From Takakia lepidozioides (taxonomy: Eukaryota > Plantae > Bryophyta): a stretch of 64,000 bases of DNA. The DNA lies in contig CM060731.1 in NCBI GenBank assembly GCA_030704615.1, positions 7,874,001 through 7,938,000 on the forward strand, in the 5' to 3' direction. Within the stretch, counting starts at the first letter, position 1; each line of letters starts with the position of its first letter. The translations under genes and the position numbers were made by a program. Shown piece by piece: positions 1 to 11,924 of this stretch. The notes under the pieces are model-generated. The model was not told the DNA's origin and searched no databases. It was given only the letters and a program-made list of their open reading frames with translations.

Positions 1-3000
1 TAGGCTCGCCCTCAAATGCCAACTTCTTGGCAGAGCCAGTCCCACTCCGAACTGACTTGGGAACCCGGACGACCGGTGACTGGGTAGGAGCAACAGCAAT
101 CGCAGGACCTTGAACAAAATCGGCGTCGGAGTCACTCTCTTGGGTCCCCTCCTGCGCCTCCTCCGATGGCCCGATGGTTTTCTTCTTTTTGGGTGTTACT
201 GCAGTCACCTGTTTCCTTGTCCTTTTCCTTTGACCTTTACTCTTCTCATGCAATTTCTCCTGAATTCCTGCCTGAGCAAGCTCTGCCGCTTTCCTGGAGT
301 TCGCAAGCGCTTTTGCCTCTTTTGCACCCAACGGAGGCAGCGGAGCCCGGTTTCGTCGGAATTCAGCATCCAGCTTCAATTGAAACTCGGATGGGTCGAG
401 CGAGCCGGACGGAAGGTCCACATACCAAGGGCAATCACGCAAATGTTCCAGATGCCACTCCTTCACAATATCGTCAGTGTACATGGAGTCAGCCCCAGGG
501 TTCCTCCATGCCAGGAAGAATGGTGGCTCGAAAGACAGATGACCTTTCTCCAAAAGCGAGAACTTACAGTACCTGCATTCATGAAAAACACAATGAGGTC
601 CGAAAAATGGCTAAGTCCCTGAACGGCAATAGGGCCTACAACTGGAATATGGCGCCGAATTTCCACTTCAGGGCCACCCAGTCTAGGGACTTAGCCCGAA
701 AATGGCTAAGTCCCTGGACGGCAATAGGGCCTGGAACTGGAAAATGGCGCCGAATTTCCAGTTCCGGGCCAGCCACCCTAGGGACTTAGACCGAAAATGG
801 CTAAGTCCCTGGACGGCAATAGGGCCTAGAACTGGAAAACGGCGCCGAATTTCCAGTTCCGGGCCAGCCACCCTAGGGACTTAGACCGAAAATGGCTAAG
901 TCCCTGGACGGCAATAGGGCCTAGAACTGGAATATGGCGCCGAATTTCCACTTCAGGGCTAGCCAGTCTAGGGACTTAGCCCGAAAATGGCTAAGTCCCT
1001 GGACGGCAATAGGGCCTAGAACTGGAAAACGGCGCCGAATTTCCAGTTCCGGGCCAGCCACCCTAGGGACTTAGCCCGAAAATGGCTAAGTCCCTGGACG
1101 GCAATAGGGCCTAGAACTGGAAAACGGCGCCGAATTTCCAGTTCCGGGCTAGCCACACTAGGGACTTAGGCCGAAAATGGCTAAGTCCCTGAACGGCAAT
1201 AGGGCCTGGAACTGGAAAATGGCGCCGAATTTCCAGTTCCGGGCCAGCCAGTCTAGGGACTTTGCCATTTTCGGAGCCCTGACTGGAAATTCGGCGCCAT
1301 TTTCCCTAACACCACTTAGGCCTCTAACATCCTGAAATGCCAGGACTTGAAAGAAAGGCAGCGCGTATGTACCTGTGAAGAAGGCGCATTGCTGCTTTGT
1401 CCGCGTTCGGCTGGTCGGTGAACTCGTGGCTCCGGCGAGCATCTGCTATCTCCCGAAAGAATAGGTTGGTTTTGTAGAGCAGAAAGTACCTCGTCACATA
1501 GTCACGTAGGCTCTCTGCTGCAGGAGATATCTCCATCTTGAACTGATGTGCTTGTGTGTCCAGCTGCTCTTGCGCATTCGTCGTCACCTGTGGAGATTGT
1601 CCATCAGATCGCTTTCCTCAAAAAATACAATGAATCCACCCCCTACTAGAGTAGAAGCCCCAAACGAAGCGTGGGGAAGTACCTGAAACCACCATGTCAT
1701 GCGGTTCATCCACATGTCGAATGTGGGGTCAGAGAGTTTGTCCGGTTTGGGGAAGCTCCACATGTCCCTGGTACTTTGGGAACCATTCCAGATTTGGAGC
1801 CACCGGGTCTGTCCAACCACCCAGCATATTCGTAAGCGCCAAACACCACAAAAAGGAGTTGTTGCCACCACAATTTGGTTAAGAATGTATCACCTTTTCT
1901 GTTGCATCCACACAGGATGTGGCTAGACGATGGAGCTTCTCCAATGTCATCGTGGGCTTCAGAGCGCGAGAGTAGTGCTTCCCCACCTCCACCAGAAAGT
2001 CGGCACCAAGGGCGGGATCAGCTATGGCCACGTACTTTACCATCCGCGACTTGTACTTTATGCGGGCCCTCACCTCCGCAGCTTTGACATACGATTCGAG
2101 TTCCGGGAGGGTTGGATTCTTCTCCTCTGACTCCATGTAGAACCTCCGCGCATGTGCCAAATCCTGCTGTATTTTCGTCTGTCGAAAAGGCGCACATAAG
2201 ATTAGAGATCCTGCTCAACACAATTTCTTCTATTGGGGGAGGAGAGACAAATTAGCTCAACAAAACTGTCAGGAGCTTTACCCGAAATATGTAGTCCACC
2301 ATGGCGTCGACGCTCAGCCTATACCAGGTTCTGTCTGCCTTTGCCTCCGACTTGCGCAGGAGGTCGGCACTGAGGGAATTGGCAAACTCTTGCACCCCCT
2401 GCTTCCCGACATCCTTCACTCGGAAGAGCATATGGGACAAGTTGGTGGCAATGAAGGCATTCTCAGTCACCCTGCAGTGCCACATTTCCATCAAACAATA
2501 CTGAAATGGGAATTTTCATCATATATGAGGATTCGCAATGAAATGACTTCCAAATTCAAAGTCCAAAAGCGAGAGGGGTTGTAGCTTACGAGTTGATGTC
2601 GGCCATTGCAGCTTTGAGAAGACTGCGATCTTTGGGCCCCGCAACCTTCAGCACAACACAATCGACGGCGAAATGCCAATCGAGATCGTTGGGGTGGGCT
2701 TGGGCAATGTGCTCCATCCATGCCAGGAGGCGATGATTGCCGTCCCACACGTAGAACATCTTACCGGACATGTGCTGGAAAAGAGGATCACTAGCAATCG
2801 ATCTCTCGAACTCCTCATTTCGCGTTTGCCAATGGGGACCCCATTTGTCCACCTCATCGGAAGTGTGGGCACGGGAAGCTCCGTGGTCGTTCTCAATGGA
2901 AACGTAAAAGGCGGCAGACCCCATTCGATATCCATCCCGGAAAGAGAATTTCAGCTTGTCGATATCGCCTGGGAGGGCAGGTCTCACCACCTGCAATGAC

Positions 3001-4553
3001 ACCAAGCGGCAAAGGGGAATTCGAAGCTTGGCCGGGTACACCATGCCCCCCAGCACCTTGCCAATGTTGCTGTGGGTTTCCTCCAACATCTTGGCAGCGG
3101 CCAACTTCATATCCGCCTCAGACATGACGTCTGCTGCAGAGGGGTTTTCCGGCAGCCCACCAGGACCGCCAAATCCAGCCTGTATGCTCCGGGTTTGGGG
3201 CCTGGGGATGTCCGGGAGGATGTCATCCTGGTCAGAAACCTCCATGTCGTCCTCCTCAACAGGGTCAGCCACCTGCGAAACCACCTCCAGCACTCTCGTC
3301 GTCTCTACTGCCCTCTCCCTGGCTTCACCTCGAACTTGCACAATCCGTGCTCTTTCAGGTGTTCTTTCCTCTCCTCCACTCTCCACCGTATGGGTAATTG
3401 CGGGGGCTGCTCTTGCCCGCGATGGTCTAACCGGTGTGCTACTGCCTCTCTGTGGTGTCTTGTAGGGATCCACCGTCTCTGTGGGTCCCTCGCTTACATT
3501 GGCATCTGTCATTTGGGCACCCCTGGCCTCTTCAGCTGCCTTTTGTCTTTCCTCCTGGCTAGCATTCTGTCTCGTCTGTTCTTTTGCCCTCTCTTTTGCC
3601 CTCTCACGGGCTTTCTGTTTCTTACTAGGGCTAGCAGCAGGGGAGCCCTCCAAGACGACCACCTTTGATTGAGGCGAACTGACACCCTCGCGCGCACTGC
3701 TCACTCCCCCCTCCGCAGCCCGTGACTGCTCTCTCGCCGGGGATTGCATGTGCTTAGCTTTCTTCTTTTTCTTTGCGTGGGCGGGCCCTACTGCATGTGC
3801 ATGAACAACCTCCATTGCCGGATCTGCTGTCCTCATGTCCTCACGCCCTTCACCTGCCATGCCGCCTGCACCAACCTCCCCAATGCCTACTCTGTCGTAA
3901 TCTCGTTGCAAGTCCTCCCGTCCACCAACAAAAGGTTTAAGTTTGCCCTCTCGCCCCAAGTTGGGCGATTCAAACATGCGATGAGTTGGAGCTGTCGATG
4001 ATACCACCAGCGTGCCGGGCTCGTCGTCACTCTGTCATTGACAAAAATCGTGAAAACCAACATCGGTGCAAAAAGCAGCATCGCAACGAGCAGCGCAACC
4101 ACCATAGCAACAATCATGTAGCAAAAATGAAAACATAACAAGTTTAGGAAGTATGGAGAGCCATGCAACAACAATGAAAACAAATGCAACATTGCCTAAG
4201 AATGACATGCACAAGCAGCCTTCTCCAGAGCTGCCGGATTTGCACACGCATTGCAAACAATCTAAGGTTCACTCAACTATCTAAAGTTCACTCATACAGC
4301 AAAGCCAGGATGAAGATGCAAAAACAAAGCGAAAGCAAAAAATAAATCGAACAAACCGAAAGCAGAAGTGGCTTGCCTGAGAGTACTCGGCTTCAGTTGG
4401 CGCAGGTTGTGAGCAAGACACTGGAATCTCCTGCTGGAGCTTCAGTTTGGCCATGCGAGAGATTGGCCGTCGTCCGTAGTACAGAGCTTTCAACTTCCGC
4501 CGCGGTCTGGATGTGAGGTCTCTCTCAGGAGAGCCACGCCCTTCAGGCGGCAT
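1..4553 (-). CDS. Multi-exon ParB/Srx-like domain protein, cargo gene of element A; 3' part (predicted MTase exons) runs off the window
   Basis: ORF 2586-4007 has LRIPLCRLV...FYVWDGNHRLLAW. Downstream exons (~2472-2283, ~2164-1894, ~1808-1684, ~1587-1373, ~572-<1) have GT-AG boundaries and align by eye with element B exons (EKLHRL, WLQIWN, FFRE, C.WY.D.P). A probable first exon 4553-4377 (GC donor) splices in frame to 4031. Possible frameshift near 375. Confidence 0.75.
598..1300. repeat. ~95-bp tandem repeat, ~7 copies, inside an intron of the ParB-like gene
   Basis: Unit CCGAAAATGGCTAAGTCCCTGGACGGCAATAGGGCCTAGAACTGGAAAACGGCGCCGAATTTCCAGTTCCGGGCCAGCCACCCTAGGGACTTA recurs at ~95-bp spacing. 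Confidence 0.95.
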
Positions 4554-4759
4554 AAGTCCCAGCCAAAGAGATCTCCTTTTTTGGGGTACATGCCTGGAAT
4601 ACCATGTTAAGCCAAGTTTAGCATGAGATTTAGGGTACGTGTCCAGGAAGCCATGCGTCGCCAGCCCAAATAATAACCGACAGCCGTCGACATTTATTGC
4701 CCGACTGCGCAATTAAATGTCGGATGAAGCCCTCCATGTCGGATGAAAATCGACGTAAA

Positions 4760-7265
4760 CAGTCCCGGAATTTCCAACGTAGAGGTAATTCGGAGCGCTG
4801 CACGGTGGAATTCCGGCGCCGGATTTCCATCCTGCAGGTAATTCGGAGCGCAGCAGGATGGATATCCGGCGCCGAATTTCCATCCGCGGAGGAAGGGCGG
4901 CGCTGGAAATTTCCCTCATGCAGGTAATTCGGAAGCGCGCGGATGGAAATCCGGCGCCGAATTTCCATCCGCGGAGGTAGGGCGGCGCTGGAAATTTCCC
5001 TCATGCAGGTAATTCGGAAGCGCGCGGATGGAAATCCGGCGCCGAATTTCCATCCGCGCAGGTAGGGCGGCGCTGGAAATTTCCCTCATGCAGGTATTTC
5101 GGAAGCGCGCGGATGGCAATCCGGCGCCGAATTTCCATCCGCGCAGGTAGGGCGGCGGTGGAAATTTCCCTCATGCAGGTAATTCGGAAGCGCGCGGATG
5201 GAAATCCGGCGCTGAATTTCCATCCGCGCAGGTAGGGGCGGGGTGGAAATTTCCCTCATGCAGGTAATTCGGAAGCGCGCGGACGGAAATCCGGCGCCGA
5301 ATTTCCATCCGCGCAGGTAGGGCGGTGCGCCAAATTTCCCTCAAGCAGGTAATTCGGCGCCGAATTTCCCTCCTGCATGTAATTCGGATCCGGATGAATG
5401 GAAATTCGGCGCCGAATTTCCATCCAGCAGGTAATTCCAATACCGGATGAATGGAAATTCGGCGCCGAATTTCCATCCAGCAGGTAAGTCGAATCTCGCA
5501 TAAATGGAAATTCGGCGCCGAATTTCCATCCTGCAGGTAATTCCAATACCGGATGAATGGAAATTCGGCGCCGAATTTCCATCCAGCAGGTAAGTCGAAT
5601 CCCGCATAAATGGAAATTCGGCGCCGAATTTCCGTCCTGCAGGTAATTCCAATACCGGATGAATGGAAATTCGGCGCCGAATTTCCGTCCTGCAGGTAAT
5701 TCCAATACCGGATGAATGGAAATTCGGCGCCGAATTTCCATCCAGCAGGTAAGTCGAATCCCGCATAAATGGAAATTCGGCGCCGAATTTCCGTCCTGCA
5801 GGTAATTCCAATACCGGATGAATGGAAATTCGGCGCCGAATTTCCATCCAGCAGGTAAGTCGAATCCCGCATAAATGGAAATTCGGCGCCGAATTTCCAT
5901 CCTGCAGGTAATTCGAATCGGTGCCAAATGGATATTCGGCGCCGAATTTCCATTCGCCATGTATTTCTGAGCGTGGAATTACCTTCGTGCAGGTAATTCC
6001 CAGATGAGAATTACCTTCGTGCAGGTAATTCCCAGATGAGAATTACCTTTGTGCAGGTAATTTCCAGATGAGAATTACCTTCGTGCAGGTAATTGTGGAC
6101 GAAGAATTCACATCGATTGGAATTACCTGCAGGAAGGTAATTCTCATCTGGAAATTACCTGCACAAAGGTAATTCCGATCTGGGAATTACCTGCACGAAG
6201 GTAATTCCACGCTCAGAAATACATGGCGAATGGAAATTCGGCGCCGAATATCCATACGGCACCCATCCGACTTACCTGCTGGATGGAAATTCGGCGCCGA
6301 ATTTCCATTTATGCGGGATTCGGCTTACGTGCTTGATGGAAATTCGGCGCCGAATTTCCATTCATCCGGTATTCGAATTACCTGCAGGAGGGAAATTCGG
6401 CGCCGAATCTCCATCCATCCGAGATTCCACCTACCTGCTGGACGGAAATTCGGCGCCGAATCTCCATCCATCCGGGATTCCACCTACCTGCTGGACGGAA
6501 ATTCGGCGCCGAATCTCCATCCATCCGGGATTCCACCTACCTGCTGGACGGAAATTCGGCGCCGAATCTCCATCCATCCGGGATTCCACCTACCTGCTGG
6601 ACGGAAATTCGGCGCCGAATCTCCATCCATCCGGGATTCCACCTACCTGCTGGACGGAAATTCGGCGCCGAATCTCCATCCATCCGGGATTCCACCTACC
6701 TGCTGGATGGAAATTCGGCGCCGAATTTCCATCCATCCGAGATTCCACTTACATGCAGGATGCAAATTCGGCGCCGTTTTCCCATCTGTGGAAGTTTTTA
6801 TGTCGGCCAGTTTTCGGTCTGACCCCCCGACAAGACTTCCTTTGGGGGGGGCCCGGATGGAAATTCGGCGCCGAATCTCCGTCCATGGGATGTTCTCTGT
6901 CGCACACTCGCCGGCCTCTGCGCCCGAGGCGACTTCATCCGGGCGTCCCCTGTTCGATATTCGGTGCCGAATTTCCGTCCTGGGTTGAAATGTGACGGCC
7001 AACTGCAGGCCACTCCCCCCTCCCCGACTGCATCCGAACCGCCCCGGATGGAAATTCGGCGCCGTTTTTCCATCTGGGGATGTTTTTATGCCGTTCAGTT
7101 TTCGGCCTGACCCCCCGACACGACTCCCTTTGGGGGCCCGGATGGAAATTCGGCGCCGAATCTCCATCCAGGGGATGTTCTCTGTCGCACACACTCCGGC
7201 CTCTGCGCCCGAGGCGACTTCATCCGGGCTTCCTCTGTTGGATATTGGGTGCCGAATTTCCATTC
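4760..7265. repeat. Composite tandem array of the palindrome GGAAATTCGGCGCCGAATTTCC (units ~53, ~55-60 and ~85 bp), arranged as a fold-back around ~6090
   Basis: The 22-bp perfect palindrome, extended to 30 bp in some units (GGATGG...CCATCC), occurs dozens of times counting single-base variants. Inverted arms at 5929-6005 and 6178-6254. Confidence 0.95.
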
Positions 7266-7566
7266 GGGGGTAGTAATGTGAGGGCACGGTGCCGGCTTCT
7301 CCCCTTCAGCCGTCATCATCCGGACGGCCCCCCACTTTCTGACTGCATACCGTTGGCAGTTATTGCGCAAAGACCAGGGGCCGCATTCCGGAGACAAGGT
7401 TCATTAACACTCTGACTGTGGATTTTTGAGATAGTTGGCTCCCTGGATTTGGATCAGGCTTCGTCGCTCGGACAAATCGGCATCGCATTCATTCCCATCG
7501 CTGCACCCCCTTCTACCAGGGAGCTTCCCCGCACGCCATCCTGGCAGTCTTGTGTGCACATCTCCC

Positions 7567-10500
7567 ATGGCGGAAAACCTGAGCGCTACAGTGTACTGCC
7601 CTCCTCACGAGCATAGAGCTTCATTTCCGTGCAGAGGGGACACCTGCCGGGTGATGGAGAAATATCTGTGCGTTCGATACCACCTGAAACCGGGGTCGGT
7701 TTTTTTGGAGGAGGAAAGGAAGGACTCAAACGGCCTTGTTGTCGAGAGTATTGTTGTGCTCCACGATGATTTCGGCGATGGCAGGGAATGGCGAGTTCCA
7801 CCATCGGACAGCGTCATATACAGGGCTGTTGGGGACTTCATTTGCCCGCCAAGTGCACCGTCTATCCTGGCGCCTTCCACGAAACAATCCGCGAATCAGA
7901 GAGTGGGTACCTCAAAGAGAGAAGTCCGCAACGAAGTTAATCCAGAGCCGAACCCATCCATGAAGACGACCGAGAACCGGGTTGTTCACAACCTGTCCGA
8001 CTCAGACGAGGTCATGGAAGTTCCGAGGTCGTCCTGGAGATCAGGCAAGTCCTCAATGGACGTCAGTGGAGGAGGGAGTCATATTCCCAGCACGAGCACC
8101 GCAGTTCGATCTATTCTAGAAATTCTGCGAGGGCTTCACCTGGAGGGACACCGGTCGGAGCTGGCCGGGCTGGACTACAGCAAGTTCGCAATTAAATCGG
8201 TTACATGCCTTCCCGCCGACGTCGACGGTAATATCTTCTTTGAGTTCCCTCCTCGGGCGGACTACTCGAGGGCGTCCGGAATGTTGACAGATATGGATAG
8301 AAAACATGACGGTCATCCTTGGTGCGTTACCAAAACCACCAGCATGAAGATGCTTGATGGTGTGCGGGTGCGCTACGTTGTTTGTGCGGGCGCGTTGCGG
8401 TGTTTCTCCCCAACTTGCTTCCACTTTAAATCCAGAGGTCACAGGAACGAGACCGATTGGACAGGCACAGCTCACCAACCATTTCGAGCTCAGGAGAAGG
8501 TTCCGAACTCCACATTTAAGTGTGCGCATTGCAAAGAACCACCACACTGCATGTCTGTTTGTAATGCCAAGCAGTTCTATGTGTTGCACCGTTTCCCTGA
8601 CCTCACCCGAGCTTGCATACACGTTGGTTCCCATTGTCACAAATTGGCGAGGGGGAACTCGCGGGAGGCTGCCCACGAAGCAGAGCAGCTCGTTCAGGAG
8701 GAGGTTAAGTTGAGACCGGGTGCCAAACCCAAACAGATACAGCTCCAAGCCGCCCATAAGATGGCATTGGCCAGAATTATGTCGGAAGACGGCTCCGATA
8801 GAGTTCCTCTCGATGAGAAGGAAATGGAGGCATTGCTGGAGTCGGTGTCCCACGTATGTTCACCGAATGTCCGAAACCACATTGTCTCATGCAAACAGAA
8901 AATTGGGCGTGGCTCGGATATGCACTCCATTCTGGAGGTGAAGCGACGATGTGGATATGACTACATTCATGGAAGTAGGTTTCCAGGACAAGGGACTGAG
9001 GCAGATCGTTGTTTCGTATTCAAAATGTCCACGTGTGGACCTGGAAGTGGCGTCGAACTGGTCGACAGGATGACGAGTGGGAACTTGTCAAACAGTTGGG
9101 TCATGTTCGACCATATCAAGCGAATTACAAATCACCAGTGGGTGACAATGGGTGCACATGTCTACGACACCCACTGCAGGATGCTAATGACAATTGCTAT
9201 TTGTGAGATGAAAGGAGAGGACACACAATCGGAGATGCTTCTTTGGCAGGGAATAAACGAACAGATGGCCAAGGCGGGATTGCCCCCTCCCAATTTCCGT
9301 GGTTTCATGGCGGACAACGCACAAGCAAATTGGGCTGCCATCCGAAGGGTGTACGGGCAAGACCCCAATGTTCCCATGGAAGGCAAGGAGAGATCTTGTG
9401 GGTTCCATTTTCTGCAGAGCCTTTCGCAGTACACAACCAGGCTCGTGGCGCCAGATTTCAGAGAGGAGCACCGTTCCATGTGCCTTGCGTGGAAGCGCGC
9501 TCCCACCTTGGATGATGCAGAGACACAGTTTGCATGCATACGGGCTTGGTGGACATCGTCAGGTGCTGTAAGGAAATCAGACGAAGGAGCAATGGTCAGT
9601 TGGCTAGCATGGTGGCATTATCGTTTCCTCCAGTTCGGCGACTATATGCGGGAGGTGAGTTGCACGAATTCGCGTCCCGTTGGATATTATTCTTGGCCAT
9701 ATTTGTAACTTGCTTGTAACCTGAACATGTGCTTGTGCAGGAAATGTGTCTCGACTCCGACACCGACATGCCCACGACAAACATGGCCGAATCAGTGCAC
9801 TCTTCCTGGCGTGCCTCCTCTGCGGCGCATCTGGTGGACATCCTCACTGCCACAACGGAGGACATTGTGAGGTCAATTATGCAGCAATGCAGGTACAACG
9901 AGTTCTTGAAAGGGAAACAGTGGGGCTTGGGGCCGGACAGGCAGGAAATGCTGATGCGGACTGCCTCCAGATCGAAGAATCCTCGGAAGTGGGCGGTGGC
10001 CTTGCGAGAGGGCCTTCGGGACACGCCATTGCTGCGAAGAGGCCAACATTTGGAAGGAGATGTTCATACCCGTCCAGTGAGACGAAGACTTGACGAGGCA
10101 CCTGGCGGAGAAGAGGATTCATGGCGAGCTGACAAGAATATTCGCACGCTCCCTCGTGGTCCGGTGATGTTGTCCGAGGAGGTCTCGTCGAGCACCGGAA
10201 GTCCTGCACGTTCAAGATCGCCATCTCCTTTGAGCACAGGGCGCGTGCCCCGGCAACATAACGAGCCATCTGTAGTAAAGCAATACAACATTCCCATTGT
10301 GGAGACAAGAGTGTCGGAGTCACAGTGGAGAATTGCGAGGACATTGCCGGCATTTCGAGGGAAGTGTTGCGCCATCCGGGTGGATACGAGAGCACGCTGT
10401 GGTGAGATGATTCGGAGGAACCCACACGGTGCTGTACCTGCACCTTGTTTCAGCGGCAGATTTTTGACTCCCACATTTGCTCACGCCACAACGCAGACAT

Positions 10501-11159
10501 TTTGGTTCTGTAGGCACGACATAATGACCTGTGTATTTGGCAAGCCCAAGTACGGGATTCAGGGAATGCCGGAGCCTCCGGGCGTCTGGCCTGTTGCACC
10601 GGGTTGCAGCCTCTCTCAGAATGAGGCGGATGCTCTATCTGCAGCAGGATTTCGAATGGTGCAACGCACAGACATCCCGGCCCACGCATTTCCGGTTCCT
10701 CAGACCCAGCCATTGCATACTGCTCGGTCCAGTAGAGACGGATTGGACAATTCTGCACATCCCACAATGCGATTCGGAAGAGTGAAGAGACGACACCCTC
10801 CCAACAAGTTGAATGAGACTCGGATTGCCAATGCTCTTGGGATGGCTTGCACTATTCAGAGCTCCGTGGACGTACCCCCACCCGGCCTTGGGCGTGTGTA
10901 TCGGATGGCAACGGCCGGCTCGGCTGTACGCGACGATGTATACACAATTACGATTGGAGTGGAGCCGACTTGCAACTGTACGGACTTCTCGTTGATGGAA
11001 GCAAAGAAGGGTTCGAAGTATTATCCGTGCAAGCATCTGTATTACATTTACCTCAAGAGGTTGAGGATGAACGTGACTATTGATGACTTTATTCATGCAC
11101 CGGCGTTGAGCGTGAACGAGCTGCACAAACTCCTTCTTAGGGATTCCAGAAATCATTGA
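7567..11159 (+). CDS. MULE (Mutator-like) transposase, ~1170 aa, 2 exons (7567-9654, 9741-11159): GCM-like N-terminal domain, DDE core, C-terminal SWIM zinc finger
   Basis: GCM-like region DGHPWCVTKT...VVCAGALRC...CIHVGSHCH. Catalytic motifs WVMFDH, FMADNAQANWAAIRRVY, CGFH (CxxH) and TTNMAESVH. SWIM motif TCNCTDF...PCKHL. The GTGAGT...TGCAG intron keeps the frame and no stop codons are present. Confidence 0.9.
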
Positions 11160-11312
11160 TGGGGCAAACGGAATCCTCCATATGGATATTTTCAAATGCA
11201 TTTTGCTGTATCAGACTTTTTTTTTGCAGTGTAATGAAATGCACCCCAAAACTCCTGGAATGAGGCAATATTCCATTCAAACTGAGATCCAACAGAAGCA
11301 GTTGTGGGGCCA

Positions 11313-11675
11313 TTTCTGGAAAAATGGCGCCGAATTTCTCTTTTTGGGGTCGAAAACTCGCTAAGTCCCAACATGCACTGGTACCTGTGTTTGGGAAAAT
11401 GGCGCCGAATTTCTCTTTTTGGGGCCGAAAACTGGCTAAGTCCCAACATGCACTAGTACCGTGTCTGGAAAAATGGCGCCGAATTTCTCTTTTTTGGGCG
11501 GAAAACTGGCTAAGTCCGAACATGCACTGGAAAAATGGCGCCGAATTACCTGTCATGAGGGGACCTATAGCCGTGGAATTCGGCACCATTTTTCGCCAGA
11601 GAGACCTATTGCCGCGAAATACGTCGCCGTTTTTTCAGGTTACGGACCCTATTACCGCGAAATTCGGCGCCATAT
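11313..11675. repeat. Subterminal ~74-bp tandem repeat (~3 copies plus partials) carrying GGCGCCGAATT and GGCTAAGTCCC
   Basis: Unit GGAAAAATGGCGCCGAATTTCTCTTTTTTGGGCCGAAAACTGGCTAAGTCCCAACATGCAC... is repeated and shares motifs with the 95-bp array. Confidence 0.9.
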
Positions 11676-11839
11676 TTGCACATGTCGCTGGGAATTGGCA
11701 TGAGCGGAAGACGAAATTTCATGAGCACAACTGTCAAAAGTGCAATTTTCCCTTCAAGGGGCCGAATAATATGTTTTTCCTGACACATTGCATTAAATTA
11801 TTGTTTTTTATTGTTTTTTATTTTCGAAATTTGTACTTC

Positions 11840-11924
11840 TGCTCATGAAAACCGATTGTGTTACTACTCTGCTCATGCCGCTCATGTCGCTCATGCCGCT
11901 CATGCTCATGAAATAGCAAACCTC
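11840..11924 (-). repeat. Terminal region of element A with reiterated GCTCAT (ATGAGC) motifs
   Basis: Reverse complement GAGGTTTGCTATTTCATGAGCATGAGCGGCATGAGC matches the terminus at 47835. Confidence 0.8.

Larger units (their letters stand above)
1..11924 (+). mobile_element. MULE-like DNA transposon, family A (left end outside the window); carries a transposase, a divergent ParB-like cargo gene and palindrome arrays
   Basis: Contains a MULE DDE transposase. The right terminus (...GAAATAGCAAACCTC, 11924) is defined by where identity with the second copy (47835) stops. LTR sequence follows immediately. Same layout as the TSD-bounded element B. Confidence 0.85.

Noticed and set aside
2956-3672. 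Antisense ORFs over the cargo gene, transposases and pol
   Set aside because: They are shadow frames of real coding strands and have no motifs.
5340-6780. CRISPR-like array (palindromic ~25-bp repeat with ~30-bp spacers)
   Set aside because: The spacers are themselves repeated rather than unique, no cas genes are present, and the context is an intron-containing eukaryotic transposon.
4630-7287. Many ORFs with MEIRRRISI / WKFGAEFP / GNSAPNFH repeats (also 51.6-52.9 kb, 0.6-1.3 kb, 11.3 kb)
   Set aside because: These are by-products of a stop-poor palindromic repeat that is open in several frames on both strands.
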